Assembly: GCA_038087875.1 (NCBI GenBank)
Contig: CM075994.1
Span: 6,760,001 to 6,824,000 of the forward strand
Length of the DNA stretch: 64,000 bases
DNA from: Malacoraja senta
Taxonomy: Eukaryota
Direction: 5' to 3'
A program made the position numbers and the translations under genes. The notes below the pieces were generated by a model. That model did not search any database. It was not told where the DNA came from and saw only the letters and a program-made list of their open reading frames with translations. The stretch's first letter is position 1. Each line of letters begins with the position of its first letter. Shown here piece after piece: positions 51,439 through 63,465 of the stretch.

Positions 51439-52742
51439 GTAAGAGATATTTATTTACATTTTTGTACCGATCACTATTGAAAATTAAACAATCATCGCAA
51501 CGTGAGGGGGAGATATTTTTTTAAAAGCCTCAAAGAGCTGGGGTAACTCTATCGGCACGGTGGCGCAGCGGTAGAGTTGCTGCCTCAAAGCGCCAGAGTC
51601 CCGGGTTCGATCCCGACTACGGGTGCTTGTCTGTACGGAGTTTGTTCGTTCTCCCCGTGACCTGCGTGGGTTTTCTCCTGGCTGCTCCGGTTTCCACTCA
51701 CGGTCCAAAGACGTGCGGGTATGTAGGTCGATTGGCTTCAGTAAAAAATGTGAATTGCCCCTAGTGTGTGTAGGATAGTGTTAGTGCATGTGGTAATCAC
51801 TGGGTGGCGTAGACTTAGTGGGCCGAAGGGCCTGTCTCCATGCTGTATCTCTAAAATTTGTACAAAAAATGGCTTTTCAACAAATGGATATACTGGCCAG
51901 AATGGAAATAAGGAGGAATTTCTTTCGCCAGAGTGTGGTGAATCTGTGGAACCCATTGCCACGAGGCTGTGGATGCCAAATGCTTGGGTATTTTTAAAGT
52001 AGAGATTAATAGGTTATTGATTAGTAAGGGCGTCAAAAGCTACCAGTAGAAGGGAAGAGAATGCGATTCAGCGTTTAGTTTAGTTTATTGTCACGTGTAC
52101 CGAGGCACAGTGAAAAGCTTTCTTGTTGTGTGCTAACCAGTCAGCGGAAAGACAATACGTGATTACAATCGACCCGTCCAGAGTGTACACATACATGTTA
52201 AAGTTAATGACGTTTAGTGCAAGATCAAAGATAATGCAAGGGTCTCCAATGAGGTAGATAGTAGCTCAAGACTGCTCTGCAAAATAGATCAGCCAACATC
52301 GAATGGTAGAACAGGCTCGATGGGCTGAATGGTCTAATTCTGCTCCTCTGTCTTATGGATGCTGATTCGGACCTTCTGAATGGTGTCATTCTACAATTCC
52401 AGGTTTAGTTTCGTTTAGTTTAGAGATACAGCGCGGAAACAGGCTCTTCGGCCCACCGAATCTACGCCTACCAGCGATCCCCCACACACTAACACTATCC
52501 TACGCACACGAGGGACGATTGACAATTATACCAAGCCAAATAGCCTACAAACCTGTACGTCTTTGGAGTGCGGGTGGAAACCGGAGCACCCGTGGAAAGC
52601 CCACGCAGGCCACGGGGAGAACGTACAAACTCGGTACAGACAAGCACCCGTGGTCAGGATCAAACCTGGGTCTCTAGCGCTGTGAGGCAGCAACTCTCCG
52701 CCCCTGTATTCTAATGTTGAAACTCATTGCTTATTTTTGCAG

Positions 52743-52844
52743 GTCTCCCGTCTCATCAAAAAATATTGCTATTCTTGCAGTTGGCGTCAATGGTATCGCT
52801 TGTCATACTCATGGCAGCAATTTGTTTCTGGGGGAAAACTTCAG
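52743..52844 (+). CDS. 2-Ig/5-TM gene exon 5: TM2
   Basis: TTATTTTTGCAG|; SLPSHQKILLFLQLASMVSLVILMAAICFWGKTS; CAG|GTAGAG; 102 nt, phase 1/1. Confidence 0.8.
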
Positions 52845-53759
52845 GTAGAGTATATGCTCCTGTTTCTCTCTTGGTCGGGTATTGCATATTGCACACTCTG
52901 TTATCGAGTAGGTCAGGTGGTAAGGCTGCAGAGAGATATCTGTGGTCATACTCTTTCTTCTACATTCCAAGTATAAGTTGTGGACACTGCCAAGTCCATC
53001 ACGGGCTCTGAGCTCTGACCATCCCACCATCGAAGCGATTTACCGGAATCGCTACATCAAAAAGGCAGCCAGCATCATCAGAGATCCACACCACCCTGGC
53101 CACGCACCCATTTCACTCCTGCCATCGGGAAGAAGGTACAGGAGCCTGAAAACTGTAACATCCAGTTACAGGAACAGCTTCTTCCCTACAGCCATCAGGC
53201 TATTAAACACTTCAACCTCAAATAAACTCTGAACTACATAGAATATTATTGTTTGTTTTTCTGTGTGTACGTACTGTGTGTGTGTGCGTGTGTGTATGTA
53301 TATAAATACCGAATGTTAAATGTTTTTCGCAGATGCTGCCTGACCTGCAGATTTTTTCCAGCATTTTGTTCATGTTCATAAGAGATAGCAGCAGAATTAG
53401 GCCATTTGGCCCATCAAGCCTACTCTGCCATTCAATCATGGCTGATCTATCTCTCCCTCTCAACCCCATTCTCCTGCCATCTCCCCATAACCTCTGACAC
53501 CCGTACTCATCAAGAATCTATCAATCTCCGCCTTAAAAATATCCACTGACTTGGCCTCCACAGCCTTCTGTGGCAATGAATTCCACAGATTTACCACCCT
53601 CTGGCTAAAGAGGTTCCTCCTCATCTCCTTTCTATAAGTACAGTACGTTCTTTCATTCTGAGGCTATGGCCTCTAATCATGGACTCTCCCACTAATGGAA
53701 ACATCCTCTCCACATCCACTCTACCCAAGCCTTACACTATTCGGTATTGTTAACAAAAT

Positions 53760-56352
53760 GTTATCCCACGTTTTAAGAAAGGCGGGAGAGAGAAAACAGA
53801 GAATTATAGACCAGTTAGCCTGACATCGGTGGTGGGGAAGATGCTGGAGTCAATTATAAAAGATGAAATAGCCGCTCATTTGGATAGCAGTAACAGGATC
53901 GGTCCGAGTCAGCATGGATTTATGAAGGGGAAATCATGCTTGACTGATCTTCTGGAGGATGTAACTCGGAAAATGGACAAGGGAGAGCCAGTGGATGTAG
54001 TGTTCCTGGACTTTCAGAAAGCATTTGATAAGGTCCCACATCAGAGATTAGTGGGTAAAAATTGGAACACATGGTATTGGGGGTAGAGTGCTGACATGGA
54101 TAGAAAATTGGTTGGCAGATATGAAACAAAGAGTAGGGATTAACGGGTCCCTTTCAGAATGGCAGGCAGTGACTAGTGGGGTACCGCAAGGCTTGGTGCT
54201 GGGACCGCAGCTATTTACAATATACATCAATGATTTAGATGAAGGGATTCAAAATAATATTAGCAAACGTGAACTGTGAGGAGGATGCTATGAGGATGAA
54301 GGGTGAATTGGACAGGTTGGGTGAGTGGGCAGATGCATGGCAGATGCAGTTTAATGTGGATAAATGTGAGGTTATCCACTTTGGTGGCAAAAACAGGAAG
54401 GCAGATTATTATCTGAATGGTGTCAGGTTGGGAAAAGGGGAAGTACAAATAGATCTGGGGTCCTTGTTCATCACTCACTGAAAGTAAGCATGCAGGTACC
54501 GCAGGCAGTGAAGAAAGTTAATGGCATGTTGACCTTCTAAACAAGAGGAGTTGAGTATAGGAGCAAAGAGGTCCTTCTGCAGTTGTACAGGGCCCTAGTG
54601 AGACCACACCTGGTGTATTATGTGCAGTTTTGGTCTCCAAATTTGAAGAAGCCATTCTTGCTATCGAGGGAGTGCAGCGTAGGTACACAAGGTTAATTCC
54701 CGGGACGGCGGGACTGTCATATGTTAATAGAACGGAGCGGCTGGGCTTGTATACTCTGGAATTTAGAGGGGATCTTATTGAAACATATAGATGAGAGGGG
54801 ATCTTATTGAAACATATAAGATTATTAAGGGATTTGACACGCTAGAGGAAGGAAACATGTTCCTGATGTTGGGGGAGTCCAGAACCAGGGCCACAGTTTA
54901 AGAATGAGGGGTAGGCCATTTAGATCACACGGTATTGGGGGTTCAGTATTAAATCACACGGTATTGGGGGTTCAGTATTGATGTGGATAGAGAACTGGCT
55001 GGCAAACAGGAAGCAAAGAGTAGGAGTAAACGGGTCCTTTTCACAATGGCAGGCAGTGACTAGTGGGGTACCGCAAGGCTCAGTGCTGGGACCCCAGCTA
55101 TTTACAATTTATATTAATGATCTGGACGAGGGAATTGAAAGCAACATCTCCAAGTTTGCGGATGACACTAAGCTGGGGGGCAGTGTTAGCTGTGAGGAGG
55201 ATGCTAGGAGACTGCAAGGTGACTTGGATAGGCTGGGTGAGTGGGCAAATGTTTGGCAGATGCAGTATAATGTGGATAAATGTGAGGTTATCCACTTTGG
55301 TGGCAAAAACGGGAAGGCAGACTATTATCTAAATGGTGGCCGATTAGGAAATGGGGAGGTGCAGCGAGACCTGGGTGTCATGGTACACCAGTCATTGAAA
55401 GTAGGCATGCAGGTGCAGCAGGCAGTGAAGAAAGCGAATGGTATGTTGGCCTTCATAGCAAGAGGATTTGAGTATAGGAGCAGGGAGGTTCTACTGCAGT
55501 TGTACAGGGTCTTGGTGAGACCACACCTGGAGTATTGCGTACAGTTTTGGTCTCCAAATCTGAGGAAGGACATTATAGCCATAGAGGGAGTGCAGAGAAG
55601 GTTCACCAGACTGATTCCTGGGATGTCAGGACTTTCATATGAAGAAAGACTGGATAGACTTGGCTTATACTCGCTAGAATTTAGGAGATTGAGAGGGGAT
55701 CTTATAGAAACGTACAAAATTCTTATGGGGTTGGACAGGCTAGATGCAGGAAGATTGTTCCCGATGTTGGGGAAGTCCAGGACAAGGGGTCACAGCTTAA
55801 GGATAAGGGGGAAATCCTTTAAGACCGAGATGAGGAAAAACTTTTTCACACAGAGAGTGGTGAATCTCTGGAACTCTCTGCCACAGAGGGTAGTTGACGC
55901 CAGTTCATTGGCTATATTTAAGAGGGAGTTAGATGTGGCCCTTGTGGCTAAAGGGATCAGGGGGTATGGAGAGAAGGCAGGTACGGGATACTGAGTTGGA
56001 TGATCAGCCATGATCATATTGAATGGCGGTGCAGGCTCGAAGGGCCGAATGGCCTACTCCTGCACCTATTGTCTATGTATCTATGTATCTAGAGCGGAGA
56101 TGAGGAAAAACGTTTTCACCCAGAGAGTTGTGAATCTGTGGAATTCTCTGCCTCAGAAGGCAGTGGAGGCAAATTCTCCGGATGCTTTCAAGAGAGAGTT
56201 AGATAGAGCTCTTAAATATAGCGGAGTCAGGGGATATGGTGAGAAGGCAGGAACGGGGTACTGAATGTGGGTGAGCAGCCATGATCACAGTGAATGGTGG
56301 TGTTGGCTCGAAGGGCCGAATGGCCTACTCCTGTACCTATTGTCTATTGTCA
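53760..56352 (+). mobile_element. Older CR1 (RT region to 3' end) containing a younger CR1 at 54924-56090
   Basis: Older copy: NYRPVSLT..GKMLE, QHGFMKGKSCLT, DFQKAFDKVPH, GVPQG, with frameshifts. Younger copy: intact 338-aa ORF 54978-55994 (GVPQGSVLGP, FADD). The older copy resumes at about 56092. Confidence 0.9.
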
Positions 56353-56478
56353 ATGAGGTCCCCCCTCATCCTTATTTCCAGCATCTGCAGTATATTTGAT
56401 TTTCCTTTGTGCCATGCCTCTTATTCACTGTAATTTTAATTTCAGTTATGAATTACTCATTTTTGTTTTCTATTATAG

Positions 56479-56604
56479 AATATTCTGGAATCATAGTGGC
56501 TACATTGGTGATTTTATGTATACTCCTAATACTGATCTTGGTTGCGATGTGCAGTATCAAGACATATGGCTGGGACTGGTTTAATAACATCTTGTCAACC
56601 AATT
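56479..56604 (+). CDS. 2-Ig/5-TM gene exon 6: TM3
   Basis: TTTTCTATTATAG|; EYSGIIVATLVILCILLILILVAMCSIKTYGWDWFNNILSTN; T|GTAAGT; 126 nt, phase 1/1. Confidence 0.85.
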
Positions 56605-57564
56605 GTAAGTTCAATCAAGAGATACGCTACGTTTTACAGAACGCAGTTATAATCACGAGTTAAATATTTCAGCAGTTGCTGCTTAATTTAACCAGTGGTA
56701 TGAATAATGACTCCTCTAACTTCAAGCAACCCTTGCTTTCCTTCTCTCTCCCTCCCTCCTACCCTTCCCAGTTCTCCGACCAGTCTGACTGTCCCCGATT
56801 ACATTATCTCTGTTGCTTTGTTTTCATATTCTCCTATTCTCCTAACAGTGATCTATTCTACATTTTCCTTGACCTGCATTTCTTTTGATACCTCATTTTC
56901 ACACCCTACCCATCCTTATCCCTGTGCCTCCCAGTCCCTTGACTCTCGGTCTGAAGAAGGATCTCGGCCCAAAACGTCTCCCATTCCTTCTAACCAGCGA
57001 TGCTGGCTGTCCCGCTGAGTTACTCCGGAGATTGTGTCTATCTTCGGTGTAAACCAGCTCCTGCAGTTCCTTCCTACACATTAACTTCATAGCTTAGTTT
57101 AGTTTAGTTTAGAGATAGTGTGGAAACAGGCCCTTCGGCCCACCGAGCCCACCACACTACCCTACACACACGAGTGACAATTTTTACATTTACCAAGCCA
57201 AGTAACCTACAAACCTGTATGTGTTTGGAGTGTGGGAGGAAACCGAAGATCTCGGAGAAAACCCACGCAGGTCATGGGGAGAACATGCAAACTCCGCGCA
57301 GACAGCACATGTAGTCAGGATCAAACCCGGGTCTCTGGCGCTGTCTAGCTCTACCGCTGCGCCACCGTGGCACCCTAATTATTAACGCCATTAATCTTTT
57401 TTAGTTCTGGTCAGCCCATTACTGGAAGGATGTGGAGGCATTGGAGAGGGTGTAGAAGAGGTTTACCAGGATGTTGCCTGGATTAGAGGGTATTAGCCTT
57501 TAGGAAGGGTTCGTAAAAAATTGGATTGTTTTCTTGGAGACCAGACATACGTAGGAAAAAAATT

Positions 57565-58215
57565 ATAGAAATAGACAATAGCTGCATGAATATGCCATTC
57601 GGCCATTCAGCCCTTCAAGCCATTCAATGGGATCATGGCTGATCATCCCCAATCAGTACCCCGTTCCTTCCTTCTCCCCATATCCCCTGACTCCGCTATC
57701 TTTAAGAGTCCTATCTAGGTCTCTCTTGAAAGTATCCAGAGAACCGGCCTCCACCGCCCTATGAGGCAGAGAATTCCACAGATTCACAACTCTCTGTGTG
57801 AAAAAGTGTTGCCTCGTCTCCGTCCTAAATGGCTTACACCTTATTCTTAAACCGTGGCCCCTGGTTCTGGACTCCCCCAACATCGGGAACATGCTTCCTG
57901 CCTCTAGCATGTCCAAACCCTTAATAATCTTATATGTTTCAATAAGATGCCCTCTCATCCTTCTAAATTCCAGAGTATACAAGCCCAGCCGCTCCATTCT
58001 GTCAGCATATGACAGTCCCACCATCCCGGGAATTAACCTTGTGAACCTACGCTGCAGTCCCTCAATAGCAAGAAATCTCCCCAAATTTGGAGACCAAAGC
58101 TGCACACAATACTCCAGATGTGGTCTCTCTAGGGCCCTGTACAACTGCAGAAGGACCTCTTTGCTCCTATACTCAACTCCTCTTGTTATGAAGGCCAACA
58201 TGCCATTCGCTTTCT
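57565..58215 (-). mobile_element. CR1 3' fragment
   Basis: ORF 57653-58201 is a CR1 ORF2 C-terminus, followed by 3'UTR. Confidence 0.9.
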
Positions 58216-60603
58216 ATGAGGCGCATAAATACAGTAGATTGTCAGGGCCTTTCTTCCCTGGGGTGGAAATATTAAATAATAGAGGCCATCGCTTTCAGGT
58301 TAGTTGGGAAAATTCAAAGGCGATATTTTTTAAAAGTGCGATACAGCGTGGAAACAGCCCCTTCAGCCCACTGAGTACGCTCTGATCAGCGATCACCCCA
58401 TACACCAGTCATAGAGTGATACAGTGTGGAATAGGCCCATCGGCCCAACTTGCCCACACGGGCCAACATGTCCCAGCTACACAAGTCCCACCATGGTCCA
58501 CATCCCTCCAAATCCGTCCTATCCATGTAACTGTCCAACTGCTTCTTAAACGTTGGGATAGTCCCAGCCTCAACCACCTCCTCTGGCAGCTTGTTCCATA
58601 AACCCACCACCCTTTGTGTGAAAAAGTTACCCCTCAGATTCCTATTAAATCTTTTCCCCTTCACCTTAAACCTGTGTCCACTGGTCCTCGATTCACTATC
58701 CTACACACTCAGGACAAGTTACAGAGGCCAATTAGCCTACAAACCTACACATCTTTAGATATGCGGGTTGTGGTCTTTTGCACAGAGACTGGTGGTTGCT
58801 TTGAACAAACTGCCAGCGTAGTGGAAGTAGCTTTGATAATGTTTTAAGCGACTTTTTTAAATAGTTGTTTAGTTTCGTTTAATTTTTAGTTTTCTTAAGT
58901 ATAGTTTAGATGACTTTAATTTAGTGTAATGTCATTTAGCTTAACTTGTTTAGCTTAGTTTAGATCGGTTTCGTTCAACTAATTTCAGCTAGTTTCACTG
59001 TCCTGATTAGAAATTACTGATTGAACACCTCATTGTCACCTTCCCCTCAGCTAACAGTGAATCATTCTGCATTTTCCTTGAGCTCTGACCCTAATGATCT
59101 CTTGTTCTCACACCTTACCCTTCCATATCTCTGTGCTTCCCCCTCCCCTGAGTCTGAAGAAGGGTCTCGACCCGAAACGTCACCCATTCCCTCTTTCCAG
59201 AGATGCTGCCTGTCCCGCTGAGTTACTCCAGCATTTTGTGTCCATCTTTAGTTCATCTTAGTTCATCTTAGTTCAGCTTTGCTTAGTTTCACTTAGTTTA
59301 ATTTAGCTTAGTTTTGTTTCGTGATACAGTGTTGGAACACCAAGGAACACACTGTTGGTGTAAACCCATATGATAATGTTGTTTAAGATGCTTTTAAATA
59401 CAGTAGGTGAGGACACAAAATGCTGGAGTAACTCAGCGGGACAGGCAGCACCTCTGGAGAAATGGAATAAGTGACATTTCAGGTCGAGACCATTCTTCAG
59501 ACTGAGAGTCAGGGGAAAGAGAAATGAGAGATATAGAGGGTGATGTAGAGAGATATAGAACAAATGAATGAAAGACATGCAAAAATGTAACGATGATCAA
59601 GGAAACAGACCATTGTTAGCTGTTTGTAGACAAAAATACTGGAGAAACTCAGCGGGTGAGGCAGCTTCTATGGAGCGAAGGAATTCCTTCGCTCCATAGA
59701 TGCTGCCTCACCCGCTGAGTTTCTCCATCATTTTTGTCTACCTTAGATTGTTCCAGCATCTGCAGTTCTTTCTTAAACATTGTTAGCTGTTTGGTAGGTG
59801 AGAACAAGTTACACACAATGAGCCTCAACAAGACAACTTTGAAGCTGGTATGACGGGTGGGGGAGGGATGGAGAGAGAGGGGTTACAAGGGTTACTTGAA
59901 GTTAGAGAAGTCAACATTCATACCACTGGGCTGTAAGCCGCCCAAGCGCAATATGAGATGCCGTTCCTCCAATTTGCTCTGACAGTGGAGGAGGCCCAGG
60001 ACAGAAAGGTCAGTGTGAGAATGGGAGGGGGAGTTAAAATGTTTGGCAACCGGGAGATCCGGTAGGTTCAGGCGGACTGAGCTAAGGTGTTCAGCGAAAC
60101 GATCGGCCAGTCTATGTTTGGTCTCGCCGATGTATGAGGGATTCGTTTAATGTCGCATCACGGTCGATACAGACACTGCAAGCTGAAGGATCTTTATCTT
60201 TGCTGTACTTTAGTTTAGCTTAGTTTAGAGATATAGCACGGAAACAGGCCCTTCGGCCCACCGAGTCCGCACCGACCAATGGTCCCCGCACATTAACACC
60301 ATCCTACACACACACTAGAGACAATTGTTACATTTATTCAAAGCCAATTAACCTACAAACCTGCACGTCTTTGGAGTGTGGGAGGAAACGGAAGATCTAG
60401 GAGAAAACCCACGCAGGTCACGGGTAGAACCTACAAACTCCGTACAGACAGCACCCGTAGTCGGGATCGAACCCGGGTCTCTGACGCTGCTGGCGCTGTT
60501 AGGCAGAAACTCTACCGCTGCGCCACCGTGCCACCCTGATGTTACAGTTACTGTTACGAAATTACTGTTCAAAACATTTTGACTGCATTTGATTTGTTGA
60601 CAG

Positions 60604-60699
60604 TGTGCAGAATTATGGTGGATGCAGTAACCCCAGTGGGCGGACTGATAGTTATTTTCTCATCTGGAATTCTGATAGCAGAGATATTGAAACAAGCTG
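60604..60699 (+). CDS. 2-Ig/5-TM gene exon 7: TM4
   Basis: TTTGTTGACAG|; LCRIMVDAVTPVGGLIVIFSSGILIAEILKQA; G|GTGAGT; 96 nt, phase 1/1; this frame is absent from the ORF track. Confidence 0.8.
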
Positions 60700-62850
60700 G
60701 TGAGTGTTAATTAATATAAATCGTTAAAATAAATTGTGAAAACCTTCGTTATAATAGACCATAGAAGCGGTGGGGGGCTGGGGGGGAAATGGGTCCGTTA
60801 TATTAGAGTAAGGGATTACCGAGCAATAGAGTATCATTGTATAAGTAGTAGATACAACGAACTGCAGATGCTGGTTACAAAATCCTGGAGTAACTCAGCG
60901 GGACAGGCAAGATCTCTGGAGAGAGGGAATGGAGTGCCATTTCGGATCGCGACCCTTCTTCAGACACCATTAAACACCATTCGGGTCTCGACCCGAAACG
61001 TCACCCATTCCTTCTCTCCAGAGTTGCTGTCTGGCCCGCTGAGTTACTCCAGCATTTTGTGTCTATCTTCGGTGTAACTCAAAGGGTCAGGCAACATCTC
61101 TGGAGAACATGGACAGGCGACGTTTCGAGTCAGAAAAGATAGAACAAAAAAATTACTGAAGTAACTCAGCGGGACACGCAGTCTATTCCTTCTCCGCAGA
61201 GATGCAGCCTGACCCACTGGGTTACTCCAGCATTTTGTGTCTATCGTCTGTATTAACCAGCATCTGCAGTTCCTTCCTACACAACGAACCATTCTACATG
61301 TCCTGACCATCATCTGCTTTGATCTGTCATTTTCACACCTTACCCTTCCATATCCTTGTGTCTCCCTCTCCCCTGACTCTCAGTCTGAAGAAGGGTCTCA
61401 ACCTGAGACGTCGCCCATTCCTTCCCTCCAGAGATGCTGCCTGTCCCGCTGAGTTACTCCAGCTTTTTGTGTCTGTCTTCGATGTAAACCAGCATCTGCA
61501 GTTCCTTCCTACGCGTTTTGGGTCGGGGCCCTACTTCAGACTCTGGGTCCGGAACTGGGCCTGGAATTCGGGTGGGTTAATGGCCCCGGACTGCTGGCGA
61601 CCGTGGGAGAGGGGAGGATCGGCGGAGTCGATGATCGCGCGCGGCTGGAGTGCGGGTAGGGTCGGCGGTGTGGACAGCCGGGCCTGGAATCGGCCCGGCG
61701 GAAGCCTTGTGCAGAAACAAAGAACCGCAGATGCTGCCTTACACCAAAGACAGACACAAAGTGGCGGAGTAACTCAGCAGATCAGGCAGCAGCATCTCTG
61801 GAGAGAAAGGAATGGGTGACGTTTCGTAAGTTCATAAGCTCATAAGTTAAGAGGAGCTGAATTAGGCCATTCGGCCCATCAGGTCATTCAACATTGGCTG
61901 TTGGAGTGGCGGAGTAGACTTTCGGAGTTTGGGGGTCGGGATCCTTCTTCAGACTCATCGGCATGAGTCGGTAGTGGTGGTGGCGGTAGTAGGTCCACCC
62001 TGGAGCGGCAATGGGAGGCGGTGAGGGCTGGGGGTGATGTCGGCAGCCTCCACCATAACCTATATCCATTATAAAGAGGTCCGTAGTAACGAGGGCTTAC
62101 TGTAATCTTTTGTTTCGTTTTGTTTAGATTAGTGTAGTTTAGTGTAGTTTAGTGTAGTTTAGTTTAGTTTAGTTTAGAGATACAGTGCAGAAATAGGCCC
62201 TTCCTTGGATCTGAATTTGATTTCAAGGCTTCTCATAGTAACTTGCAAGAATTCGTTTAGTTTACAGATACAGCACAGATAAAGGCCCTTCGGCCCACCA
62301 AGTCCGCACCGACCAGCGATCTCCGCTCATTAACACTACCTTACACAAACTAGGGACATTTTTTATCTTTATACCAAGCCAATTAACCGGTGGAGTTGCT
62401 GCCTCACAGCACCAAAGACCCGGGTTCGATCCCAACTACGGGTGCTGTCTGTACGGAGTTTGTAAGCTCTCCCCGTAACCCGCGTGCGTTTTCTCCATGA
62501 TCTCCAGTTTCCTCCCACACTCGAAAGACGTACAGGTTAATTGGTTTGGTATAAATGTAAATTGTCCCAAGTGTGTGTAGGATAGTGTTTGTGTGCGGGG
62601 ATCGCTGGTCGGTGCGGACTCGTTGGGCCAAAGGGCTGTTTCTGTAAACCAAACTAAACTAATTCTTGTGAGTTACTATGGGAAGCCTTGAAATCAAATT
62701 AAGATCCTAGGAAGAGGCCATTCGGCCTGCTGTATCTGTGCTGTCTTTCACTCTACACTTTGCTAATTAGACCTACAGTTTATAATGACAAATGCTGGAG
62801 TAACTATCATTTTATACGTTTATAATTTACGTTCTTTTGTCTATCGACAG

Positions 62851-62955
62851 GAAAAGGCTGTGAATCCCCAGACAATCTTCTATCAAGTATTCTCCCTGCC
62901 GTCATTGTGCCATCAGTTGTCTTTGTTATATTCTTTGCAAGTTACGCCATACTGT
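62851..62955 (+). CDS. 2-Ig/5-TM gene exon 8: extracellular-loop Cys and TM5
   Basis: TTCTTTTGTCTATCGACAG|; GKGCESPDNLLSSILPAVIVPSVVFVIFFASYAIL; T|GTAAGT; 105 nt, phase 1/1; this frame is absent from the ORF track. Confidence 0.8.
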
Positions 62956-63465
62956 GTAAGTAAAATTGCCACAAAGCATGTTTCACAGTCACAACAGACA
63001 GGCACTTCTCGACTTGCATTATGGGTTAAGTTTTGTGAACCCTTACATTCAACCATAGAAACATAGAAAAAAAAAAAAAGTGTTCGGCACGGACTTGAAG
63101 GGCCGAGATGGCCTGTTTCCGTGCTGTAATTGTTATATGTTACATGTTATATGTTATAAATGTTCCCTGGTGTGTGTAGGATAGCGTTAATGTGCGGGGA
63201 TCTGAAGAAGGGTCTTGCCCTGAAACGTCACCCATTCCTTCTCTCCAGAGATGCTGAATTACTTCACCATTCGGTTTAAACCAGCATCTGCAGTTCCTTT
63301 CTAAACATTGCTCAACTTGTGGTCTCAATAACGAGGTCAAGGTACCCGTTGCTTCATTCTGCAGACTCATAGATGATCTTTCGTTTTTGCAATTAAGGTT
63401 TGTGGACGGAAGCCATAGTCTCTGATGGAAATGATAGAGATGTGTGAAAAACAACATTTTAAACT

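Noticed and set aside
39460..62955. Assigning the symbol CD47, HEPACAM, CD2 or CEACAM to the Ig gene
   Set aside because: The architecture matches none of them exactly and I cannot see direct sequence identity to CD47; left unnamed pending searches.
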